A DNA stretch of 63,249 bases, counting the filler, from Octopus bimaculoides (Eukaryota): NCBI RefSeq assembly GCF_001194135.2. It is 5 parts of 5 records of this genome, joined end to end, with 100 filler letters (N's around TTAATTAATTAA, not from the genome) between each part and the next. Parts side by side here need not be neighbours in the genome. Positions count along the whole stretch, not along the records: positions 38,475 to 48,750 come from NW_026330984.1; positions 48,851 to 62,147 come from NC_069008.1; 3 more parts are not named here. The stretch is one strand, 5' to 3'. The translations under genes were made by a program, and so were the position numbers. Of the stretch, positions 40,051-52,100 are shown piece after piece (position 1 is the stretch's first letter; each line of letters begins with the position of its first letter). The notes under the pieces were generated by a model that was not told the origin of the DNA, did no database searches, and was given only the letters and a program-made list of their open reading frames with translations.

Positions 40051-43000
40051 AAACAAACAAACAAACAAACAAACAGAATCAGAGTAATTACTGAAGTTGG
40101 GTACAAAATATAATCCTCTTCTAAATCATGTTTCTTAAGAGGTTTTTATTTTGCATTTATCTAATGGTTCATATCATAGCAAGAACAGCAGTACAATAAA
40201 TTCTGTTTTCATGAAATTTATCTAAAGCAAATCCTCCACATGAGAACGTTCAAATTTAGCTGTGCTCCTGCCACTTAAACTACTGTAAAATTATGCCTCT
40301 TCATCATATTTATTTACATTAGTATAAAAAAGTATTTCCAGAATTGTCTTTGTTACAGATCAGGACAGTTACATCATATTACTGACTTGACTGGTTTTAA
40401 CCTGGTAAAGTGTTCATTTGGATATCCATACGAGTTGCCGAAGCAACCATTATGTAGTCACTCAAAACAGCAGCCAGGTCACATCTATCTTAAATATATA
40501 AAAACGACACGTCTTAGTTTCAATACATTTGAAAAATAAAATGGGATTGGAACGTTTTTGATAAAAATTTCTGTCTAATCATCGTATATCCTAATGATGC
40601 CCACCCATCAACATTTCCTGTACACTTCCCCTCAAACCTTCATTATCTCTATGGGCAGAGACCTCAAAGTCTTACTCTGATGGGAGGATGTAAATTTGTT
40701 CTCAACAGCACAAAGACAATACATGAAAAATAATCGTGTATCTACCCTTCTTTAAACATGAACAACACGTAACTAGAAGCCCCCAAATTATAACAAATGC
40801 TTGAAGCTCACCATAACTTCTGGTGATCTCATATCAACATAGTACAGACTTTCCTCATCAGGACCAGAAAATACTTCAAATCTCAACGGTTAAACGATAT
40901 ACAAAGGCTCCAGTGAGATCCGTAATGTAATACTGCATCTACAGCTGGGTCGGTATGCTGCTATCACCACATACTCAGACAACCTAAACCACATTCTATA
41001 AAGAGCTACCAACTGATTATCACAAAGTTTCATTCCGACTTCTGGCTTACAGATGTGATGTCATCCTTCAGCTTCTACCCCTCCAAATGCTGTCACCATT
41101 CATACTCTCCGACTCTGGTCATCATCTTTAGTGTTCAAGAACCTCTATTGCCTTGTATTTTCTCTCTGGAACATTAGCCTTCTGTAGTTCGCTCCCCATA
41201 CATTCAACTGCAGCCTTTAGCTTAGTTATTGAAGAATATCAGTTCCCATCTATCATGTTGGTCTCAAAGGACTTGAAGAGATTATAGGCACAATCCTTTT
41301 CTCCAACCTGAATTCCACTAGATGAATCCTTCACAAATATGAGATTTTAAATTCGAAAGAATAAGGCAGTCATTTTCCTCATTATGAAAGATATGAGAAC
41401 CACTTGTTCAAACTCATAAGCCACCGGTTCAACCTTGTTAAAATTATATCTAGGAAGTTATGCTTGCTTTTAAGAACCATTATCTAGTTACATGTTCTAC
41501 AGCGAACGTTTTACAGAACTTTTTAAATTCAAAAGACAAATTGCGTTCCATTGTCAGACACTGTCACATCTAGGATGCCAAATCTCGCAAACAACTCGTG
41601 TAAAAAAATTGTCACAGTTGATGTAGTTGATTTTTTACACTTACAAATTCCTGGCCATTTAGAGAAACTATCAACTACTTCTAAGTAGTATGAAGCGTTT
41701 AAAGGACCAGCAAAATCGATGTGTAGTCTTGACCACGAAACATCTACTTTTGGCCAAGGTTCACTTTTAATCGTTGGTAATTTTGTTGCTAGAGCCTTTC
41801 ACTAAATTTTCGATTTCTTTATCCATTTTTGGGCAGTACACATAGCTATGCATTAAAGCTTTCATCCTCGAAATCCACGATGTCCAACATGGAATTCCCT
41901 CAACATTTTCTATTGTAGTGTTTCAGGTATTAATACTCTCTGTGTATATATCAGTACACCATCACAAATTGGGTACAGGTTCACACCTTGGTTTCGTTGC
42001 GCACCAATCCTGTTCCTATTTACTTTCCCTGACCACAGTGCTCTTTTCACTTCTGTTATGAATTTGTCTTTTCCCACATTTCATTTTATGTCTTCTAGAG
42101 TCACCAGTAATTCGCGTACCACATTCCACTTTTTATTTTTCCTTCTGCTCATAAAGCTGTGATTACCTTATCTTCAAATGACTCGCAGTATTTCGGTATC
42201 AGTCTGGACAGACTATCCACATGCCCTAGTTTGTTTGACGGTAAATATTCCATTTTGTAGTCATAATTCAATAATGTAGTCTATTTGCTGTGTGTGTGTG
42301 TGTTGGTATTCCTTGTTTAGAACCGTATGTTGACAGTAATGGGCGATGATTCATTCGTAGACAGAAACTTCTTCCATGAATAAATCTATGGAATTTTTCA
42401 CACCGAATATGATTGCTAACGCTTCCTTTTCTATCTGACAATAGATCTACCTTTCGCATCGTCATATTTGTGCAGAAGCACGGCTCCTACACCGTAATCA
42501 CTTGCATTTGTAGCTAACTTTGGATCAAAATGCGTCAACGATAAGTCCGATGTTAAAATGCTTTTTAACTTGTCAAATGCCTTCTGGCACTTACCAGTTT
42601 AACACTATTTTGTATTTTTCCTTAACAGATTATTGAGTGGGGTCCTTACATTATATATATTGGGAACATAAATTTGATAATTTACTAAACCCAAGAATGC
42701 TTGTAGTATAGTCACATTATTTGGCATGAGCATATTTTTTTTTTTATCGCAGTAGATCTGGAAGAACCCGGTTTCCGTCTGTAACTCGCATTTTACTTCC
42801 GTTAACTTGAAACCGTTTTCTCTAATCTTTTCGAATACCCTTTTAACGTGTTCTACATGTTCACGTAATTCGCTTTTCATTAGAATATCGTCTAAACAGG
42901 CGATAGCAAAATCACAGTCACCCAGCATTATATTCACTACTTGTTGAAATATGGAAGGAGCCACTTTTACACCGAAGGGAAGCTGCTTAAATTTGAATAA

Positions 43001-43796
43001 GCCACAGTGTGTATTAATGGTTAATAAATGTGAGCATTCTTCTACTTGGATTTTTAGATATGCCTCCAAGATGTCTAATTTTGAGAAGAATTTCCCTCCA
43101 TTCAATTTTGCGAACACTTCCTCGGGACTCGGCAATGGGTAGCTATGTGAATTTAAGCAATCATTCAACCCTGTTGAAAAATCTGCACAAACTCTTAACT
43201 TGTTATTTTTCTTTTTTTACGTAGACTGTAGATGCTGCCCAGTTTGAGTGGTCCATCTTATCGATTATTCCTAGGCTCTCGGGTCTTTCAAGTTCCTTGT
43301 TTATCTGGTCTATTGCTGCGAACGGTACATTCCGTTTTGGCTTAAATACAGGTGTTGTACTTTGTTTTACTGCAATTTTTGCCTTTGTTTTGGTGCAACA
43401 GTCCAGTTCCTCCGAGAAAACATCTGGAAATAAATGTTTTATTTTTTGTTTCAGTCCTTCAGCCTCATCGAACCTTCCACTGAACCGACTATGTCCTCAC
43501 ACAAAACATTCATACGTGTATTCCACTATTTGAATAGTTCCATCCACTCTGCCGTTTTAATTTGGTCACGAACTGTTACATTACACACAAATTCACCGAC
43601 AAAATACAATCTTTTACTCATAACACCATGTGTTACTTTTGAAGATTTACCGAATTTTGGCATACCGATATACTTCCAAGTTTATTCGTTCACAATGGTA
43701 ATATCACTTCCAGTGTCTAACTACATTTTTACTCTCATATTTTTAATTTTCACATTTATGAACTTTCTCTTCGTTACATTACCATTTTATTTCGAT

Positions 43797-43926
43797 ATCC
43801 AGCTGTAGAAACTCTGCCAAATTAGATTGGAGCCTGGTGTTGCCATCCGGTTTCACCAGTCCTCAGTCAGATCGTCCAACCCATGCTAGCATGGAAAGCG
43901 GACGTTAAACGATGATGATGATGATG
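43797..43926 (+). mobile_element. RTE-type LINE/SINE 3' end nested in the Gypsy relic
   Basis: atccagctgtagaaactctgcc...ccatgctagcatggaaagcggacgttaaac(gat)n tail, opposite in orientation to the host Gypsy. Confidence 0.8.
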
Positions 43927-44874
43927 TTTATTCTTTTTCCTTTGTTCCAACGTTTTACCATTTTTCTTTTACAGTGCACTTTTGTGTCCAATTTTTCAAC
44001 AATGGAAGCATTCTGCATGCTTAAATGGGCAGTTTTTTTCTCAGGTATGCAAAACATGGGGTTTTTTTTCCTGAGTTTTGTCCTGTTCATACTGTTAGTA
44101 CACACTCGATTTCTATTCTGCCTATTTCGCACTTGTTTCAGTTGGGAGCAATCTTTATGTTCAATTTCCTCTGTGTCGTGTCTTAAATTTGCTATTCTTT
44201 CGCACTCTGACACTTGTAAGTTTATAGCTTGGTTTTGTTCCAGCTTAGCGAGAATTCTAGTTCTTTCTTCTGCGACTTTGTCTGCAGTTAATCCCTGAGT
44301 AATTATCAGACACTTGAACATATCTGGCGTAATTCGTCCAGTTGAACTTTCCACATTTCATGTTAACCCTACCAGCATATGTGATGTGGTCCCCCTTGTT
44401 CTTTTCTAAGTTCAAGCATTTCCAACGTGTATTGAACAACGAGCTTTTCAGGGGTTTTTTCGGGAGTACGTAATTGCTGTAACGCTCATGATATCCTGCT
44501 GCCAGTTTTAAGATTACACGCGTCTTCACATCGTCGTCCTAATCTTTGCACTCTTTATTGAAGATTTGTTCATATCTTGTATAGTTAGCCTCGAAGGTAA
44601 TTCCTTTGTCTGGTTCGTACTTAAACTCTTATCGAATTCGCAACGTAATCTGGTGAGGACATTTTTTCAGCATTTCCTGATGACTTAGTATTCATTTATT
44701 GCGGAATTTGTTGTAATAATAATTGTTGCTTCTGCTGTTCTTGAAGTTGTAGCTGCTGTTGTTGTCCTTTCAGTTGCTATTGTTTTTCCAACTCAAGCAA
44801 ACCAGCCAACAAAGTTTCCATGATTTTACGATTTTTTTCTGTAAAATTCGCCCAAAAAAGTGAGTTTGTTAATT

Positions 44875-44885
44875 CTTCGTCGCCA
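44875..44885 (-). promoter_or_regulatory. Putative primer-binding site of the Gypsy relic (TGGCGACGAAG)
   Basis: TGG-initiated motif upstream of gag and a few nt after ...TTACA, which may be an LTR end. Confidence 0.6.
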
Positions 44886-46421
44886 CTATTGTAATCCTTA
44901 ATGTTGGATTGTTATAACGCTCACTTCGGTATAGTTGTTAAATGGTATGGAGTTCGAGAAGGAAATACATCAGTAACAGAAGAAGAAGAGAAAAAATCAA
45001 GAAGATGGAAAAACAATTGGAATTTTGTAACTTACTCAAAAAATAAGGAGACAGAGAAGAAAATTCTTAAATTCAAGCACATTATAAGAATTAAGTTACC
45101 AACAGATGTCTATTCTGAAAATGTGAAGGCCATTGTGGTCGATAGGGTCACATACGAGAAACTAAAAGACATGTGCGGAAACAAAATTGATCCGCCCGGA
45201 GTAGCGGTGATGTTCGACGAGCTGCCACCAGTGATCGAACTCAGGGATTTGGAACCGTTTATGAGGTATTAAAAAAAAAAAATTTAAAAAAATCTAAGAA
45301 AAAAAAGAACGAAAAAAAAGTGTTTTTTTGTTATAAATATAATTTTTAAAAAAAGAGAGAAAAGACAGATAATTAAGAATTTACACAGAAAAAGTGAACG
45401 ATGGTAAATTGTTTATATAAACGATTCAAATGGTACTACATGGTTATGGGGCCCATGCAGCCATTTCATTTCTTCATTATATAACATCTCATTGTCATTC
45501 GGTTTATGTTTTGTGTCCCCATTGTGGTGTTGTGTCTGTCTTTGTAGTGTCCCCATCTGTGTTGTGGCCGTAGTGCCAAATAAAGAAAACAGCAGTATAG
45601 TTGTTAACCAGTAAAGATAACTATCTATGACCTACTTCGTACTCTCTTTATACTGACCGACGTCACCTTATTTATAGCGACAAGCACATACCACTCGTCA
45701 CATAGGAGGAATGCATCATTATTACTATTATCTCCTCAACAATTTCGTAAATTATTTTTTATAAAATCCGATGCTGGAAAAAAAATAAAAGGTTGTCTTT
45801 CCCTAGATATAAAGTAGGTGAAAGCTATTACTATATTAGACTGTCAAACCGAAACAACTAACAAGAGGATGCGACTTGGTTTTTGTTATTGTCTACTTTT
45901 TCTTGCATTTTTGTGCCTGTTAGTACATTTAACATATATGTAAATACTGTGGCGAAAATGTTGATCTTACGATACACGAATTATTTGAAGCCATTTAACT
46001 GTCCTAAATACTAGCTGGAAAGGCTTCAGTCAAAAACAAGTTATGCCAAGTTAAAAGCAAAGAAAAACAAATGGATGGGTAGACAACGAGATGTTAGACC
46101 CGACCTTCCCTATTCAACACTGTCTTTAGTTTCTGTTGAGCTTCCCGTATGACTTTTACATTTCCCCTTAAGATAGAGACCGTAAAAACGTTCATCATAT
46201 TTAGTTATAACTCGAGTTAAAATAGAAGAAAAAGACGTTATGATTATAGTAATGTCTTAATACAAGCAATGGAAATTGATATCTACGTTGTCCGAAAATA
46301 TGGCCTTGTATCCGTATTAGCCAACTCACTGCCTTTCAGGCATTACTGCCTAACACAAAATGTCGTACATTTTAAAGGGGAAGATTAATCACTTCACTTA
46401 AAAATATTAGCTTAGCATCTC

Positions 46422-48334
46422 GGATAATCTCCATCTTATACGTTACACCTTAGAAGGGTTCGGTAACGATTCTGGCAGGAGTGGGGCTCTGGTCCATTTA
46501 GACCAATCCAAAGTATTCGATAGGGTTGACCATCGCTACCTGATGTCCGTTCTTGCGCAGTTCGGGCTGGGTCTTGGCTTCCTCAAGTGGATCATACAGT
46601 TATATAACATCGACTAGATCGTTCGGGTGAACGGCTTTCTTCCCAAACCGTTCTGTATCAGACGTTCGGTTCGCCAAGGATGTCCGCTCTTGCCGCTTTT
46701 GTATGTGATGGCTCTGGAGCCGTTACTGTGAAAGTTGAATGGCATCCCGAAGGAACCAGTTGATGGAGGATCGGTTTCAGCATACGAGGATATAACCAAC
46801 ATTGTGACCGAGATGGAACACCTACAGAGGGTAGGCGAAGCCATTAAGGTTTACGAGACGGTGGTAGGAGCAAAGATTAACCGGGAAAAATTGGTCGCCT
46901 TGCAACTCGGCACCTGGAGAGGCAAGTCGATGCCTTCGAATACCGTCGTGGAACGCTGGACGGAGGGCCCGGTGAAGTTGCTGGGAGTCTGGGTTGGCCC
47001 AGACTTCCAGGTAGAAAAGAACTGGGCAGGGGTATCGAGCAAAGTGACCATCATAGTCAAGACTTGGTCTTGGCGGTGGCTATCCTTGAAAGGGAGGGCG
47101 GAGGTGGCCAATGTGTTTATCGCATCGGTCATCATGTACCGCATAACCGTCGTTCCCCGTCCTGATTCGTGGTTGAACAAGTTGGAGAGACAAATCTTTC
47201 GCTCTTTGTGGAAGGGTTCGACTCCACTTGTGTGGCGTTCTATCTGCTGTCAGGAGCCGTTGAAGGGAGGACTTGGCTGTTGATGCGCAAGCACGCACTG
47301 TGGCACCTCTAGCTTCTCCAAGACGGTGAATGGGTGTGGCCTCCGCTGGCGAAACGGATGTTTCCTAGGTTCACTAGTTTCGGTGGACGAGAAAGCTGGT
47401 TTCGTCGAAGATTGAGGTTGGGTAAATAGTTTACGGAGTGCCGTAAGGCCCTCCTACTATTCCGTCGCTCGGGTAGTGCCAGCGATTTTGGTACTAACGC
47501 GTCTTTAGCAGGTTTGTAGAGATTGGATGCGATGATACCCTGGGGGAGACCCTGGGTATCGATAATAACCAGCTAGACACTGTTCCAAAGGATATTCGGG
47601 CCGAGGACATTGGATAACTTCCCAAAATCTCTGGTCTGGCAATTTTACCGAGGAGCCTTACCTGTTTGGGATAGGCTCAGACACAGCCAGCCCGGTCCAT
47701 CGGCCTGTTCAAGATGTGAGCAGGATAAGGAAACCGTGCTGCACGTTATTGTTCAGTGTTCGGAAATGTCAGAAGTGTGGACTTATGGGAACACCTGTTG
47801 TCGGATTCATGAAAAATATGGCTGTCGTCCGAGTATAGAAATTGACCCGCTGAATTTTCTCACAAAAGAAGGTAAAAATTGCTTTCTCGTAGCAGTAGTA
47901 GCAATTGCAAAAGAGGTGATATGGAAGTCGAGAATGAAAGGATTGGCGACAGGCAACTTCATCTCTGGTTTCGAGTTGGTGAGGTTCTTCACCTTTAACC
48001 TGAAAACTAAAGTGGGGCTGGAGAGAAGATGCCTGTCGGAGAGTATGTTCAAAAACAGATGGATGCGTGTAGCACGGATATTGTGTGTGAAAGACTCCTC
48101 ATGAACTTGTTATAAGTCTTAATGAACGGTGCCGATAGTATAACAGGGCTCGTGGGGTCGGAGCTTTAACCTGTTTTTACTACCTCATTGTGTTTGTAAT
48201 TTTGTCTTTTATGTTGTATTTCATTCGATTTCATTGTAACCGCAGTTAAAATTTAATTATACTCATCTGTGTGTCTGACCCCGATCAGACTGTACTGTCC
48301 CCTCTATGTTGACCCTTTATGGGCAATGAAGAAA
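46422..48334 (+). mobile_element. 5'-truncated L1/Tx1-like non-LTR retrotransposon (RT, C-terminal zinc knuckle, 3' UTR)
   Basis: DNLHLIRY, LDQSKVFDRVDH, RQGCPLLPLLYVMALEPL, VSAYEDIT, KLLGVW, CSRCEQDKETVLHVIVQC. ORF ends at 48104, followed by a T-rich 3' UTR and short A-rich end. Confidence 0.9.
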
Positions 48335-48750
48335 CGTATCTCATTTGGTGGTGTTATAGTACATTCACCGTCTTTCTCCGTTATCATCCCGAAATACTGC
48401 TGTATTTCTTCCTTTCGCAATTCTATTGTCTTTGGTCTGCCAACAGCGGCAGCAAAATTTAACTTTTTTGGTGTTCAGACTTTTTGGTTGTTCATACATT
48501 TTCGGTTGTGCAGGCACTTTTACACAAATTGTACAAGAGATAGGTAGGAGTGGCTGTGTGGTAAGAAGCTTGCTTCCGGTATTGGAGAGTTAGTCTTTCT
48601 TGCTATTGAACATTGTGGACGTGTGTTAACGCCTTCCAGAGATTGAAAATTTGTAAAGTCGACCGAGGTAGGTGGAATTGGTTTTTGAGCTGTGTGTAAT
48701 TTATTGTTTCAATTTTTTTCAGTAAATTTTGTATAGCTATGGGGCAGTTC

Positions 48751-48850
48751 NNNNNNNNNNNNNNNNNNNNNNNNNNNNNNNNNNNNNNNNNNNNTTAATT
48801 AATTAANNNNNNNNNNNNNNNNNNNNNNNNNNNNNNNNNNNNNNNNNNNN
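48751..48850. other. Assembly placeholder 44N-TTAATTAATTAA-44N (also 18690-18789, 38375-38474, 62148-62247)
   Basis: The identical 100-bp layout occurs four times, and the palindromic 12-mer gives stops in all six frames. Confidence 0.95.
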
Positions 48851-48903
<53 letters not shown>

Positions 48904-48987
48904 ATTATTGATAGACTGAATGATTGATTTGGTGATTGACAAACGCTTCCTATTCACCTTGTCATGACAATTCAACAACGCTAAAAT

Positions 48988-49189
48988 ATTCTTTTCTATT
49001 CTAGGCACAAGGCCCGAAATTTTGGGGAAGATCGACCCTAGTACGCCACTGGTACTTAATCTATCGACTCCGAAAGGATGAAGGACAAAGTCGACCTCGG
49101 CGGAATTTGAACTCAGGACATAAAGACAGACGAAATACCGCGAAGCATTTCGCCCGGCGCGCTACCGATTCTGCCAGCTCGCCGCCTTA
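48988..49189 (-). mobile_element. SINE family D
   Basis: gacctcggcggaatttgaactcag...ctgccagctcgccgcctt. Other copies at 52622-52812, 4098-4283 and about 29090-29240. Confidence 0.85.
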
Positions 49190-49289
49190 CAACGCTAATA
49201 TATAAGAATACACACACACACAAACACACACACCTGTTTGCAAACAGAAGTACAGTGAATAGAATTATAAATTTAATTGAGATTCGAAC

Positions 49290-49647
49290 CTTTGAATGGT
49301 GGGACCCAGTTTTTGACGTCCGAAGATGGTTTGACGTGGTAGTAAGTGTCATAGACGGTCCAGTCAGTGAAGGCCGATAGCTTGTTGGAGTATTTCTGCA
49401 AAGAACGACTAACTTTATCCAAAGAATCGCTTGTGTCTTCCATATGTCTGTAGGCGCTGATTAAGCCATGATAGTAAACTTGGGCGCTGATTTCACCGTT
49501 CTTGGGATCGAATACCAGGACTTTTATATCGATGCTTGTCAATGCTTTCTTCAAAGTAGCGATTTCTTTCTTCACAAATCGAATGACTTTGTTTTTCAGG
49601 TCGGGAAGGACTTCTTCAAGGTGTAAGTAACCGTAGGATTTCAGTAC
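49290..49647 (-). CDS. LLTP last visible exon, 358 bp (VLKSYGYLHL...NWVPPFK)
   Basis: Acceptor cctatag|, probable donor G|gttcga (weaker, phase 1). Read-through hits a stop 5 codons later. Confidence 0.85.
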
Positions 49648-50422
49648 CTATAGGAGATAGACATACACATGTATGATAGATATATATATACTGACTTAGC
49701 TTCTCATGTTATTCAAAGTTTCGTGCATGTGAAAGGACGTCCAGCTCATCAGACATTCAGAAACACACGTATACACACACACGCATATATATATAATATA
49801 TATACTCACATACATATTTCCCATATACACACACACATATAAATACATACACAGACACATGCATACATACATTGAGAGACAAACAGACAGGCCAGAAGTT
49901 GTCTACTTTCAAATGCATCCAATTATCCGTCGATACGTTATACATATTCAATGGTACCTAGTTACATCCAGGTAGACTGAGCTCGCTGGGTTTTGCTCAT
50001 CTTTGCTCAGTCATCGTTAGCGACAAGTTAGATATTCACCGGATCAATGAAAGAGCTTCCACGTGGCTTGATGGCCTGCTAGAAATAGCAGCAAAATTTC
50101 ACTCAAATCTCATCTTGCTTTTATAAATGAAGAAGGGCGCGAAACAATGTATGCTGTAGTTATTGGGACAGCCATGTTTGGAATGTCACTGATCATATGC
50201 CCGCCTGATTAAGACTGACTGAGGCTGAATAACATCAACAACAATAGCAGGACACATGGGGTCCTTGATAAAAGATGGCTTGATTACGGCTGGAACATCT
50301 GTGATGAGAGATTTGTTGGTACAGGACTGACCTGGGGTTAAGCAATGACATACAACAACGATGACAACAACAACGATGACAACAACAACGATGACAACAA
50401 CAACAGCATCTGAGTGTCTTAC

Positions 50423-50604
50423 GTGTTTGTAAATATCATTGGAGATGCTGAGCAGGAGATCGACCAATGGGTGGGAGAGAACAGCAATGTCACCATGTTC
50501 GGCTATAAATTCCTCTTTCATGTCGTTCACTGCTTCGTACATGCTGACCATGTAGTCAACGGCTTTAGCAATGAATGGATGTTTTTTAATCTGTTCTTGG
50601 AAGC
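50423..50604 (-). CDS. LLTP exon, 182 bp (RFQEQIKKHPFIAK...NDIYKH)
   Basis: Acceptor tttctcag|, donor CAC|gtaaga; phase 1 in, phase 0 out. Confidence 0.9.
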
Positions 50605-50912
50605 CTGAGAAAAAAAAGAGTCAAACAAGCAGAAAATTTAGTTTTGGATAACAAAGAAATTGTGATGGAAAGCAACGTAGAAAGGTTTCTCAATCGCGTG
50701 AAATTAAAGTTCGATTTATATAAAAAGGCACTTCTAAACTGTGTTTTTGAATAAATGAATGTTTTAGATCAGCTTGATTATGTGTGTGATATATTTGAAT
50801 GATAAAAAGACAATTTTCACTGCGGTTTGCCATGGAGAAAATAGTCATTTAATGGCGCCCATTGGCGGAACGATGTCGCCAGTTTATGAAGCTGAGTTCA
50901 ATGCCTACTTAC

Positions 50913-51054
50913 GTTTCATTACAGCTGGGAACTTGCTGATATAGGTGTTGATCTCTTGGTGGAGGGAGGTGAAGTGTTGGAATCCATTGTTAAATTGTTG
51001 TTCAACGTATAGGAACATCTCATCAATATGGTGAAACAGCTCATCCTTTGCAGC
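50913..51054 (-). CDS. LLTP exon, 142 bp (AAKDELFHHIDE...KFPAVMK); absent from the ORF track
   Basis: Translated by hand. Acceptor gttgcag|, donor C|gtaagt; phase 0 in, phase 1 out. Confidence 0.9.
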
Positions 51055-51547
51055 CTGCAACGAGAATAAAACTTACACTCTTAGTATTTTCATATTGGAA
51101 AGCGTGGGAGATGACAAGGGAGGTAATTAGGGAGGTGACAAGGGAGATAATTAGGGAGATGATGCTAAAAAGAACGAGTAAACTGACGACAACGACGACG
51201 AGGAGGATGACTCTTATCTGATGCTGGTTAACTGCAAAAAGGTGATGGCGTAGGGGTCAACATAGAAGGGCACGTTTGATGATATATTCCTAGATATACT
51301 ATGTCTGAATAAAAAATGAGATAGTCTTATCGGCTGTAGGATCCTTGATCATAGGTCTACTGGATCAGCACTGACCTGTGGCTAAACAACATTAACAACA
51401 ACAGCAAACGCAATAAACTGAGACAGAAAGTCGAATGCTTGGGATTTTTGGTGTTCTTCATTTTTGGAATTGTTTTCCTTTCTTTTTTCTTTAAATGTTT
51501 TTATGCCAAGAAAATTGTCACCATAGAAACCACATGTCCAAACTCAC

Positions 51548-51964
51548 CTGATAGCGGTTTTCGAAGTCGGAATAATATGAGTCAACCATTATTTTAGCTT
51601 CGTCAAGTTTGTCGGTCATGTAGGCGTTGAATTCTTGCATTCGTCTCTTCATGTGTACGAGACTGTTCTGGTAGCTGGTCCACATTGATTCCCAGGCTTC
51701 CATAACTGAATCACCCACGCTTTTCATGTAGAAGACATTCCTGCCATAGAATTCGGCAACTTTGGCGGCGTGTTTAGCGACGTCTTTGTAGATGTCGTTG
51801 TAAACGGAAGGGAGGTAGTTGGTAATTGGTACCAGATCTTCTTGGAAGACTCTCTTAATATCTTTCAGTTTTGACATGAATTCTTCAGAAACACTCTTTC
51901 CAATAGTTTCACCAAAGGTCTGGATCTTTTGTCCGTAAGTCTGGAAAACGGCAAAACCATAATC
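51548..51964 (-). CDS. LLTP exon, 417 bp, start of amphipathic helical region (DYGFAVFQ...FENRYQ)
   Basis: Acceptor ttcttcag|, donor CAG|gtgagt; phase 0/0. Confidence 0.92.
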
Positions 51965-52100
51965 CTGAAGAAAAAGAAAAAGGAGGAAAAACAATTGATT
52001 AGAATGTTGTGAAATCGATAATCGATTAGATGTTTAGTATAGTCGCAGTCATTAATCTCATGGGTTATTCTATACTTTTGTAAAGTACAAATTTCTTCTT

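Larger units (their letters stand above)
41486..44890 (-). mobile_element. Decayed Ty3/Gypsy LTR retrotransposon (gag-PR-RT-RH-IN), 3'-truncated
   Basis: Protease LDTGSDITIV; RT KFFSKLD..EAY, LPFGVKVAPSIFQ, CLDD; RNase H IGAVLLH, KFHRFIHGRSF; integrase HRGISRMKAL, WSRLHIDFAGP, VDSFSKWP, SDNGTQF. Many stops and frameshifts. Confidence 0.93.

Noticed and set aside
42605-43168. Functional reverse transcriptase
   Set aside because: The catalytic motif reads CLDD rather than YxDD, and the flanking pol sequence has many stops and frameshifts.
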